Positions 18,230 to 29,228 of a stretch of DNA of 64,000 nt are shown here, one piece after another. The notes under the pieces are model-generated. The model ran no database searches, had not been told where the DNA came from, and saw nothing but the letters and a program-made list of their open reading frames with translations. The first letter of the stretch is position 1; each line of letters starts with the position of its first letter. This DNA is from the human T2T-CHM13v2.0 reference genome, Homo sapiens, in the NCBI RefSeq assembly GCF_009914755.1, contig NC_060936.1; one strand, given 5' to 3'. The translations under genes were made by a program, and so were the position numbers.

Positions 18230-18630
18230 TAGTGTTGTAAGATCTCTGACTGTAGAGCCAGGCTCCCTGGGTTCAAATCCCAGCTTTGCCTCCAATTAGC
18301 CCTGTGCCTCAATTTTCTCATCTGAAAAATGAGGATAATTATGGTATCTATTTTACAGGGTTGCAGTGAGGGTCAAGTGAGTTAATAAAGGTCGGAACAG
18401 GGCCTGGCTCATAGTTAACACATTTTATTATTATCCTTTGTAACACCATAGTTATAATATTATATTTAGGGTAATTTTATAATTAAGATCTGTCTCCCTC
18501 ACTGTACTAGCTCTGTGAAAGCCAGGACCAAGTCCTTTTTCTCTCCCCATTATATTCCCATGGCCTAGCACCGAACTTGGCCCTCAGTGAGTGCTCAGTA
18601 AATACTTGTCAATGAAATGAATGAATGACT
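18230..18630. mobile_element. MIR (~18230-18435) followed by an L2 3' end (~18490-18630)
   Basis: ctgggttcaaatcccagct...tctcatctgaaaaatgaggataat; gtgctcagtaaatacttgtcaatgaaatgaatgaatga. Confidence 0.65.
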
Positions 18631-18894
18631 GGATTCTTACTCTGGTACTAAGTTGCTGTGTGACTGCAGTAGATCATTTCCCTTCTCTTGACCTTAATTA
18701 TTTCATCTGTAAACCCAGAGGTAGAACCAGATGGTCAGTCACTAAGGCTCTTCCTATCATTAATGGACCATGACCCTGTGATTCTAAAAAGAACATTAAT
18801 AACAGCTAACACTTTTTGAAAACTTACTACATAGGAGTTCTAAGTGTTTCACATGTAATAACTTAACTAATCCTGACTCTAAAGGCTCAGCAGC

Positions 18895-19208
18895 AGAGGG
18901 ATGGTGGCTCACACTTGTAATCCCAACACTTGGGGAGGCTGGAAGCCCAGGAGTTCCAGTGGGATGACCGTTTGAGCCCAGAAGTTTGAGATCAGCCTGG
19001 GCAATGTAGTGAGACCTCACCTCTACAAAAAATTTAAAAATTATCTGGGAGTGGTGGCACATACCTGTAGTCCCAGCTACTTGAGAGGCTCAGGTGGGAG
19101 GATCACTTAAGCCTGGGAGGCACAGGTTGGAGTGAGCTGAAATCACCCCACTGCACTCCAGCCTGGGTGACAGGGCAAGACCCTGTCTCAAAAAAAAAAA
19201 AAAAAAAA
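18895..19208 (+). mobile_element. AluJ-type with a small internal duplication
   Basis: Alu body with poly-A; TSD-like aaaggctcagcag / aaagctcagcag. Confidence 0.88.
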
Positions 19209-22200
19209 GCTCAGCAGATGTGGACTGTCTGACAAAGATTTTTTGGGAGCTACATCCTTCTCCAGAAGAAGCTAAGAGGCTAGGGGTGAGCCCTCTGGCA
19301 GTACTTTGGTGCAGTGAGAGCCGCCTTTCATAGGAAAACAGTTTGTGCTCCTGACTGGGCCACCTTTCACCCCTTGTTCAAGTAGCAGCTCATTTGGTAA
19401 GGGGTCAGGAATAAAGGGCTCTTTCTTCCCTCTCCATGTGTAGGAAAGTCAGCCCTTGGTGTGGAGAGTCATTTCTCAAAATAGATCTTCCTAATATGGT
19501 TCCAAAGAGAGCAAGAGTCAGTCACAGCTGAGATGGGCTTTTGCCATAGGCATCTGATGAACGTTGGACTGTGTGTGCAGGCACACACATGTGCACACAG
19601 GCACCTCTCATACACTCCTTTCAAGGGATGGTAAACTGGTGACTTATGTCCTTTTTAAAATCAGTAGCAACAGCATATGATTTGATCCAAAGAATGGTAA
19701 CTTGCTGTTATGGGCCCTCAACAAAAGGTGCCTTATTCCAGACAGAGATCTCTGGACCCTGGAATTTGTGCCCAGCATGCTTAAGGACCCTGTATGAAAC
19801 CGGATGTAAAGTGTGAGAGGTGAGGCGGGTGCCACGGGCCAGCCTCTGCCACTCCCACCAGACTAAATAGAAGCTTCATTGGTCATGTTAATGACCAGGC
19901 CAAGGCAGTGAGCACTTCAGCTAACTGGTCTTTCAATGGTCTCTTCACTACAGGGAAAACGAGTCACTGACTCATTTGCAATTAGCTGACCTAACGGGAC
20001 AGAATTTTCCATGCTGGATTCTGTGGTAACAGAATTTTATTGTCACATTAGAGATATTTTCAGCCAGTCTTGTTTCCAGGCAATTACTCTTTTCAGTCTA
20101 TGACACAACTTCTGAGCACAGCTGTGTCGAGGGTCCTTGACTAGGCAAAAAAGCCACACTCTCTCGGGTTCTGTGGAAAAGAGCCCAAGTCCATTCTGTG
20201 ACATTTTACCTACATGAGCCAAGGCAAGGGGGACTCTGTCAGAACCAGCAAGCTGAGGCCAGGTGAGAATTCTAAGGCCCCAGAGCTCTGTCGGGGAAGA
20301 GGCAGCTTAGTGAAGGAAGAGGAGCAGAGGGATTAAAGTCTAATGGGCTGGCCTCCAAAAAGGGAGTGCTCTCCTGCTCCTGGGTAACTTGGCAGTGGCA
20401 GGTCAGCCTCCTTTGGGACGGTCATATCAATGTGAGGAAAGCGTGCTCCCCAACTGGGTTTCTATGCCAGCTCTTCCACTAGCTTGCTGTGTGACTTTGG
20501 GCAGGACACTTGATCTCATGGGGCCTGGCTTTCTCATCTGTACAACATGGGGTTGGATCACAGGATCCCTAAAATTCTTTCTAGTAGTAACGTCCCAATG
20601 TTCATTTGCCAACTATTATTTAGCACCTGCTAGGTGCTAGGCACCATGCCAGATGTTGGGAACATGGTGTTGAACACAGCAAAGCCCCATCAGGAGCATA
20701 TGAATATAAGCCAAAAGAAAGACCTAGCTAGCTGCCAGGCAGGATGGTAAGGCCCCGGCCCGAGAGGCACAGGCTGGGGTGTTTAGGTTCTTGAGATAAG
20801 ATTCCAGAAAAGTCTCTCCGAGGAGGTGACATTTAAGCTGAGATCTAAAGAATGACAAAAGGGCAGGCATGGCAGGAGCCAGGGGTAGGGGTGGTAGAGA
20901 AGGTTCTAGGTACAAGGAACACAGGTAGGACAGAGTTCCCTGAGATGGGAACCAGCTTGACATGCCATGGGACCAGAAGGGAGGCCTCTGTGCCAGGGAG
21001 AGCACCAGGAGGTGAGGTGATACCCAGGAGTTGACTTGAGAGAAGACCAGGTGGGGCAAGCAACCTTTTTGAAAAAGTAAGGATTGTTTTGTAGTAATAG
21101 TTCCTAATGTTATCTGTTTAATACACCTGGGATCTTGTTTTTTGGGACAGGGCCCAATCTTACTATGGTCTCACTGGGATTTAGAGAGGTTCCTGTGCTA
21201 GAATCCCACTGTGCAGGCCTGAGGGTCCACCACTGCTGCCACACAAACAGCATCCTGTAGGTTCCCATGACGCAGAGCACAGGGGTATGCGCCAGTGTTT
21301 CTGATCTGATTTGGGATTAGGAAAGCCTTGGCGTGCTGTCCATAGTCTCCTTGGCAACAGCCCTTGGTGCCTTCTCCCTTGAGTTCCCAGACACCACCTA
21401 CGCCCTTCTCCCTCTTTCCTAACTGTTCTTTTGGTTCTGAAGTGGCTGTACTTTTGCTATGTAAGGCATGCCATCCTATGTAGGGGGAAAAATCCCTCCC
21501 TACTCAAATTGGGATCCCTCTTTCTTGACCTCTGAATTGCTGGTTCTCTTTGCATGCTTCCGGCCTAAGCGCCTTCCCCAGCTCCCCTTAGGCTCTCACT
21601 CACAGAGGAAGAGCAGTTCCCTGTAGCCACCTAGACTCCAGGGAGCAGCCATTGTTGTCATAACCCCTTCTCCCTGCTGTCTAGGCTTCAGCCTGTCTGT
21701 CTCCCTCACAGGAGGCAGCCTCCCACCTAATCCCCTGGGCCTCCACTTTCCAACTGTCAGGGAAGACAGATGGGGAGCAGAAGAATTCATACATTCACAC
21801 AGTCTCTCTCCTCCTCGCTGCTCTGGCCATCCTTGTTGATTGGCTCCTGTCCTTGTTGGTGTAGCCCTCAGCACAGCAAAGAAATCTTTGTGCTGACTGG
21901 CCTGCAGACTGGGAGCTTTCAAAGGAAGCCCATAGCTCCTCCCCTTCCTCCCCTCTGATCCTACTAACGGGCTTATTTGCATAGCTGTCTTGGTAACAGA
22001 AAAGAATGTAAAAGAAGAAGCACTTCAGAAGCACTTCTCTTACTCCTAATCCTTTCTAGAACTACTTCCCCTCTTCTTGTAGCTACTAACACCTGTTCCT
22101 CTGACCTGCACAAAAGCTCCCCTCCCCGCCCCTCTCAACTGGTTTCTCTTGACTCCTTCCTCCACATTCACACCAAGCCCAATTCCTATTCATGTATCTT

Positions 22201-22838
22201 CCAGGAGTTCAGTGAATGTGAGCCAAAAAGAAAAATGTTCTCTAAATGATAGGCACTAATAATAACCTTCGAAATTGTTGACTTGCTTCCTCTTCAAAAG
22301 CCTGCTTTTAGGCTGAAGTTTATAATTGAATTCAACTGTAAAATGTTATTTTTAATAACATCATTGTATTTTACTTGGCAGTGTTATGCTCTTGGGTTGA
22401 CAGACTAGGACCTATCACATCTCCATAACTAATGATAAAACTCACTACCATCCATCTGTACATCCATATTTATTTATCTGGACATGCAGTTACTAGTGTA
22501 TGTGTGTGTGTGACAAACACACACTTTCCTGTATTCCTGGTGTGGCTGTTTCTCATTTTGGGTTTGACTTCCCAAGATATTGTAGATTAGGAACAGAAAG
22601 CCAGTATAACCGCATGAGTAAACACCAGCCCAACTCAGGCTATGAAATCTTTTGCATTTCTCCTGTTGACTTCCCTAAGACCAATATTCAGTCTTGTAGA
22701 AGTTCAGTGATTCTTCTCCATCAACTCTCATTAATAGCATCTTAAGAAATTTAACTTAAACTATAAACATGACTGATATTGTGTATATGCAACCTCAAGC
22801 TAATTTTAACTTTGTGGAATTTCTTTCCCCTCAACAAG

Positions 22839-23111
22839 TACCCTTTTAATAGCCCCACTTCCCGGATGGAACCTTGTTTGATGAGCAGTACTCCCAGACT
22901 GCATCCTACCCCAGTCACTCCCCGCTGGCCAGAGGTGCCCTCAGCCAACACGTGCTACACAAGCCCGTCTGTGCATTCTGCGAGGTACGGAAACTCTAGT
23001 GACATGTATACACCTCTGACAACGCGCAGGAATTCTGAATATGAGCACATGCAACACTTTCCTGGCTTTGCTTACATCAACGGAGAGGCCTCTACAGGAT
23101 GGGCTAAATGA
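22839..23111 (+). CDS. RFX4: RFX4 last coding exon: [14 protein letters not shown]...[18 protein letters not shown]
   Basis: Acceptor ttctttcccctcaacaag|TAC (phase 0), stop TGA at 23109-23111. C-terminus recognised as RFX4. Confidence 0.95.
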   Translation, partial: YPFNSPTSRMEPCLMSSTPRLHPTPVTPRWPEVPSANTCYTSPSVHSARYGNSSDMYTPLTTRRNSEYEHMQHFPGFAYINGEASTGWAK

Positions 23112-24450
23112 CTGCTATCATAGGCATCCATATTTAATATTAATAATAATAATTAATAATAATAATAAACCCAACACCCATCCCCCAGAAGACTTTATCT
23201 CTATACATTGTAACTCATGGGCTATTCCTAAGTGCCCATTTTCCTAATGAACATGAGGATGGGATCAATATGGGATGAATAAACTTTAGTTCAGAAACAG
23301 GACTTACTAAAAGTCAGTGGGACTGGGTTTCTGTAGCCAAGCCAGACTTGACTGTTTCTGTAGAGCACTATCTCGGGCAGGCCATTCTGTGCCTTTTCCC
23401 TCTGTTCCATGACTTTGCTTTGTGTTGGCAACCACTTCTAGTAAGCTACTGATTTTCCTGTTGACAAAATCTCTTTAGTCTTGAAGGATGGATACTGGAG
23501 ACAGAATCTGGTTTGTGTTCTTGGATGGGCACATAATTTACCAAGAGCATTCACCTTGCCATCTGTCTTGTCATTGTACTGTACAAGGAACAGCCCTCAG
23601 ACGTGTTCTGCACATCCCTTCTTCCTGGTGGTACCATCCCTATTTCCTGGAGCACCAGGGCTAAATGGGGAGCTATCTGGAAACTCTAGATTTTCTGTCA
23701 TACCCACATCTGTCACAGTACCTGCATTGTCTTGGAATGTAAGCACTGTCTTGAGGGAAGGAAGAGGTCTGTTCTGTATTGCCTTAAGTTGATTGAGGTT
23801 TGTAGGAGACTGGTTCTTCTACATACAAGGATTTGTCTTAAGTTTGCACAATGGCTAGTGTCAGCAAAAGGCAGGAGAGGGTTTTTGTTTTTTTTTTAAG
23901 TTCTATGAGAATGTGGATTTATGGCATTGAGTATCACACTCAGCTCTGCTGTGTTAACTTTGTGAAACTGGATGGAACAAACTTTAACTTACCAAGCACC
24001 AAGTGTGAAAGTGACTTTCACGGTTCCTTCATAAAACTATAATAATATCCGACACTTTGATAGAAAAAAATTCAAAGCTGTGCCTTTGAGCCTATACTAT
24101 ACTGTGTATGTGTGGAAATAAAAATGTATTGTACTTTTGGAGAATTTTTTGTAGGCATTTTTCTGTCAGATTTGTAGTAATTTGTGAGGTTTGTTAGAGA
24201 TTAATATAGGTTTTCTTTCTGTATTATAAAATGCACCAAGCAATTATGGTGGACCTATTACCCTATGGGTAAGAAATAAATGGAAATATGACATCGGATG
24301 TTTCAGCAACTGTTCTGTAAATAAAATCTTTGATCACACCACTCAGTGTGATAATTGTGTCTACAGCTAAAATGGAAATAGTTTTATCTGTACAGTTGTG
24401 CAAGATATGAATGGTTTCACACTCAAATAAAAAATATTGAAACGACCTGC
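23112..24450 (+). other. RFX4: RFX4 3'UTR (end approximate)
   Basis: AT-rich sequence after the stop with no Alu/L1. AATAAA at 23164, 23278, 24117, 24275, 24320 and 24426; T/GT-rich tract follows the last. Confidence 0.8.
24426..24431 (+). terminator. Likely distal poly(A) signal of RFX4
   Basis: AATAAA followed ~20-100 nt later by T-rich and (TG)n downstream elements. Confidence 0.7.
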
Positions 24451-24478
24451 TTTCTTTTGACTTTTCATTTGACATGAC

Positions 24479-24529
24479 CTGTGTGTGTGTGTGTGTGTGG
24501 GGGGGGGGGGGGGCGGTGTGTGTGTGTGT
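24479..24529 (+). repeat. Compound microsatellite (TG)n-G15-CGG-(TG)n
   Basis: Read directly; G run at 24499-24513. Confidence 0.95.
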
Positions 24530-26820
24530 ATAAACATTCTGAATACTTAGGGTGTAAGTAGGCAGGGCAAAAAACTAAGTAGTCTTATATGGCTGTGTTT
24601 ATCCAGTTCCCCATCATCTTGTCATATAATAATAATTAAAATGTGTATAAGCCACACATCCTGGCCTTGAATAATGATTAAGTAAAAATAGTACCTACAG
24701 CCTGATAGAGGTTTGTAGGGGACCAGTTCTTCTACACACAGAGATGTGTCCTAAGTTTGCACAGTGGTTAGTGTCACTCAAAGGCAGGTACCTTTCAGCT
24801 CTTATAGGGAATATTATTCTTCAATACCAACACCATTAAGAGGTCCCTTGGTACTTAGTTCATTATGCTTTAATGATCACTAGGTGTAAAGATATTTCAA
24901 GTGCAGTGCTTTAAATGCTAATAAACTTCTGGAACAGAACAGTAACATTACTGAATACTTAATAAGTATTAACAAATTCTTCTCCAGCACTGTATTTTTA
25001 TTCTGAGGCTGAAAGGAGTGGGGTATAGAAGTACAATGATGGTGTTTTTCTCAAACATTAAGAGTCTAGGATCTATGAGAATTTCAGAACCACAGATTTC
25101 CAGAAATGGGAGTAGTGAGTATATTAACTAAAAGGCATGAGAACTTGACAACTCAATTTGCATTTTGAAAGATTTATATTTAAAGCCAGGTTCTTACTTG
25201 CTATTACATAATATATTTATACCTGAACATGATTTTTAAGATTAAAATTATATACAGAGCATCCCCTTATATTTAGCTATATTGTTCTACAAAAAGAAAG
25301 CAGATGTTGAATTTCACTTTCTGATGGTCAATTAGTTTGATCTTTTGACCACAATCCATTAGTTGGCTTTCATATAAAGAAAGTAAGGAAAAGGAAGAAT
25401 GAAATTTCAGATTTAGTCACTGCAAAAAATAAACCTGAGAGTGACCAGACCAGTCTGTCTCTTACAATTCAAAGCTAGAGCTCCCTTAAATAAATGAAAG
25501 GGTGTAGGAAGTCTGACTTTTGACTTACTAAGCACAAAAAAGTAATCACCAAATTCTTTAGTCAGGTAACAACAGCATAGGACACCCATTTACACGTAAC
25601 AGCCACAAGTTCATTAACTGAACAAATCTTTAGGCAAAACTAGTCATAATCAACAAGGGCCTGAAGCCCAGAGAATAGGTCACTCCAGGAACTTTGCAAG
25701 GAAGAAAATGTGTGCCTCCCTTTCTTAGCACAACCAAGACCTAGGCATCATTAGCACCCTGGAAAAGAAGGCAGCTTCAGATGAAGGCAAAAGACCACTG
25801 GGCCTTCTCTCCAGAGCACAAGGTGCCTACCTCTTGGGAACCGAGCAGTACCTATGTTCCCAATTGTTTTAAAACTTTCAACTTCAGAACTGGGAAAGAT
25901 CTGAATAGGAAAAGGCAACAGCTGCTGTGAGCACATGACTCAAATGCACCTTCTTTCCCTCTGATAGCTCCCAGCCAGTCACCAGAATGGGAAATTTGGG
26001 CAAGGTTGGCAGCTGGGAGTGGGGCCAGTCACTTGTCAGGGGAAGAACAGAAGAATCTTGGCAATAAAGGGACCCTCCCCTCTTAGGGCTTTTTCTGAAA
26101 AGAACTCTGCCAGCTTGAAACTGGTTGAAGTCATGAAGAGCAGCCAGGATGGCTCACCCACATTGCAGGCCTGTGGTGTCCTCAGATTCCATCCTGCTGT
26201 GTCCTTTGTCAGGCCTCTAGTACACCCCAGCTCTGGGTAGAAAGAGAATTTGTGGCCCCTCTGAGACTGAAACCCAGGCACAGACCAACCCAAAATGTTT
26301 GCCATCGAGTAAGCCCAACCTAAATGGCAGTGGGGGGGCCAGGGGGAGTTGTGGAAACTGCCATGTGACCTTGAATGGTTCACCTCCCCACTCTGGACCT
26401 CAAGCAGTTGTGTTACATGATTATGACATTCCAACTTACAGTCTGCACTGATGGACCAGGGCTGGCAGATCTGGATGAGGAGGATGGACGGGCCGCTTAG
26501 GGAAAACAAAAAACGGAGTAGACTGGCAGCTGGGCAGTGATTCAGGCAGGGAGCCACAGGAGAGAAGGCACTGGCTCCACCAGCTGGTGCTATAACACAG
26601 AGTGAGGCTCATGAGTCCAACCCCCATCCTCCCTTACACAACTCTGGATAGTAGTGTTTGGCAATTTTCCTCTCTCTTCAAAACTGGCCTTAATATTTGC
26701 TTTAAAGTAAAGTCAAAATGTCTGAAGTGAATCTAGAGAAGGAAAGACAGCAAAAACAGTTATTTTGTCCCAACCTCTTGCACTGTTTAAAGGCAGACTT
26801 GCAAGATTAGAAAAAATTAA

Positions 26821-27072
26821 GGCTGGGCATGGTGGCTCACGCCTGTAATCCTAGCATTCTGGGAGGCTGAGGTGGGTAGATCACTTGAGCTTGAGCTCAG
26901 GAGTTTGAGACCAGCCTGGGCGACCAGGTGCCTCTACAAAAAATGCAACAATTAGCTAGGTGTGGTGGTGCATGCCTGTAGTCCCAGCTACTTGGGAGGC
27001 TGAGGTGGGAGGATGCAGTGAGCTAAGATTGCGCCACTACACTCCAGCTGGGGTGACAGTGATACCCTGTCT

Positions 27073-27106
<34 letters not shown>

Positions 27107-27122
27107 AAAAAAGAAAAAAAAA
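26821..27122 (+). mobile_element. AluJ-type with internal deletions and an A31 tail
   Basis: ggctgggcatggtggctc...; right arm shortened (ggaggatgcagtgagc); A run at 27074-27104. Confidence 0.9.
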
Positions 27123-27429
27123 GAATATAAATTAAATCCTAGGAAGAGGGATAGCATAAATACCCCCATTATTACAGTGGAAGAGACTTGGGGAAGGGTT
27201 GCCATAGGTCTTCTGAAGCCTAGGGGAAAGCTCTCTGAAGTCTAGTGAGAGCAGAGGCATAGAATTCAGACTCGGGCAAGAGCCTTAAGTATGCAAATCA
27301 TCATCAATATAAGCTTTTAAAAAATTGGCCCATTTGCGACTTTGAAGTGAGGGAGAACTGAGGTCAAATTCTGGTTTCACCAAAGTTGTTGTAGAGGGGG
27401 CATTCCTGCTCTAAAGTAGGATTGGATGT

Positions 27430-27905
<476 letters not shown>

Positions 27906-29084
27906 GATCCCTTCCACCCTCAAGTTCTAAACTTCAGGGACTACTATTCCCTGAACATGTGGCCCAGGTTTCTCTCTTGCAGTGTTGTCTGTCCAGAGTG
28001 GAGAACCATGCTCTGTGCAAGTAGTGACACTCCACAGTAACCTACACTGTGCATAGTTTTCCCTTAGCTGACAAACCTTTCCCTAAACTGCGCTGTTCTG
28101 TTCGCCCTTCAGCCACCCCCACCTCCCTACCACTTTGCTGCCTGCCCTTCTAACCTGGAACTTCTCTGCTTCAGTTCCTTGGCAGCCTCCCAAGCTAAGC
28201 CAGCTTGGACACAGTGCTTGGGGCTTCCTCTTGTTCCAAGGAGGTCAGAACCTTTTGTGCTTCACCAGCCTCCTCCCTGAAGCTCTTCCCCCAATCCCCC
28301 TCCTGTGTCTCAACCTCCCCCAACCCCGCCGCCGCCCTCTCACCCCCATATTTTGCTGCTGCTGGTGTAGGTGGGACGGAAGACGTGGGCCACAAGAGAT
28401 GAAGAAAGAGCTGTTGCTAGGAAAGGAGTGTGGGTGAAGAGAATTGGTGGGCGGGAGAAATAGGACTCCCCAGTTATATGCCTCCCTTTCTCATCATAAA
28501 TGCCTCAAGAGCTAAAAACCAGCTGTTTAAAATCTATTATGAAAAATAATGAGGTCTGACCGTGACAGCAGGGGTAAGAGAATCAGACTCAGAAAGAGCT
28601 GAAGTGCTGATATTTGGTATTTATAAGTCTCCTCCTAGAAAAGAAAAGCCTCTGAGTGAAGTTTAAAAGAGTGAATTCTTAAGGAACTATCAAACTGTGC
28701 CCGTGAGGGACGGTATCTAGAAGGTCTTGGCATATGCTACACCTCTCAGAAACAATAAACTGCAAGATGTCTTAAGAACCAAAATATAGTTGAGGCAGAA
28801 GGATGATCTTTAAATGAGAAGTCTGCAACACTCTTTCCTCCTCACCTCACACTCAGGGGCATATTTCTGAAATAGATCTGCCTTAATCCACGGAGTCTCC
28901 CATTTATTGGAGTCTTCTCTGTATCAGGCACATTAGACTCACCATGTCTGCTTCTCACAAGTTCCCTGCAATACCAGTGGCATAATCGCTTCTGTTTACA
29001 GGTGAAGAAATGGAGACTATGAGCAGCTTAATGCCTTGCTGATGGTTACAGTTTAAGTGGCAGAGCTGGGATCTGAAAATTACT

Positions 29085-29228
29085 CCAGGCACAGTGGCTC
29101 AGACCTACAATCACAGCACTTTGGGAGGCCAAGGTGGAAAGATCACTTGAGGCCAGGAGTTTAAGACCATGGCAACATAGTGAGACTCTGTCTCTCTCTA
29201 TATATTAATTTTTAAAACACAATAAAAG
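29085..29228 (+). mobile_element. Alu left monomer (FLAM-like)
   Basis: ccaggcacagtggctc...cactttgggaggccaagg...gagactctgtctc with no right arm. Confidence 0.8.

Noticed and set aside
26036-26557. 173-aa minus-strand ORF
   Set aside because: Starts at GTG, has no recognisable domain and no splice or promoter support; consistent with chance.
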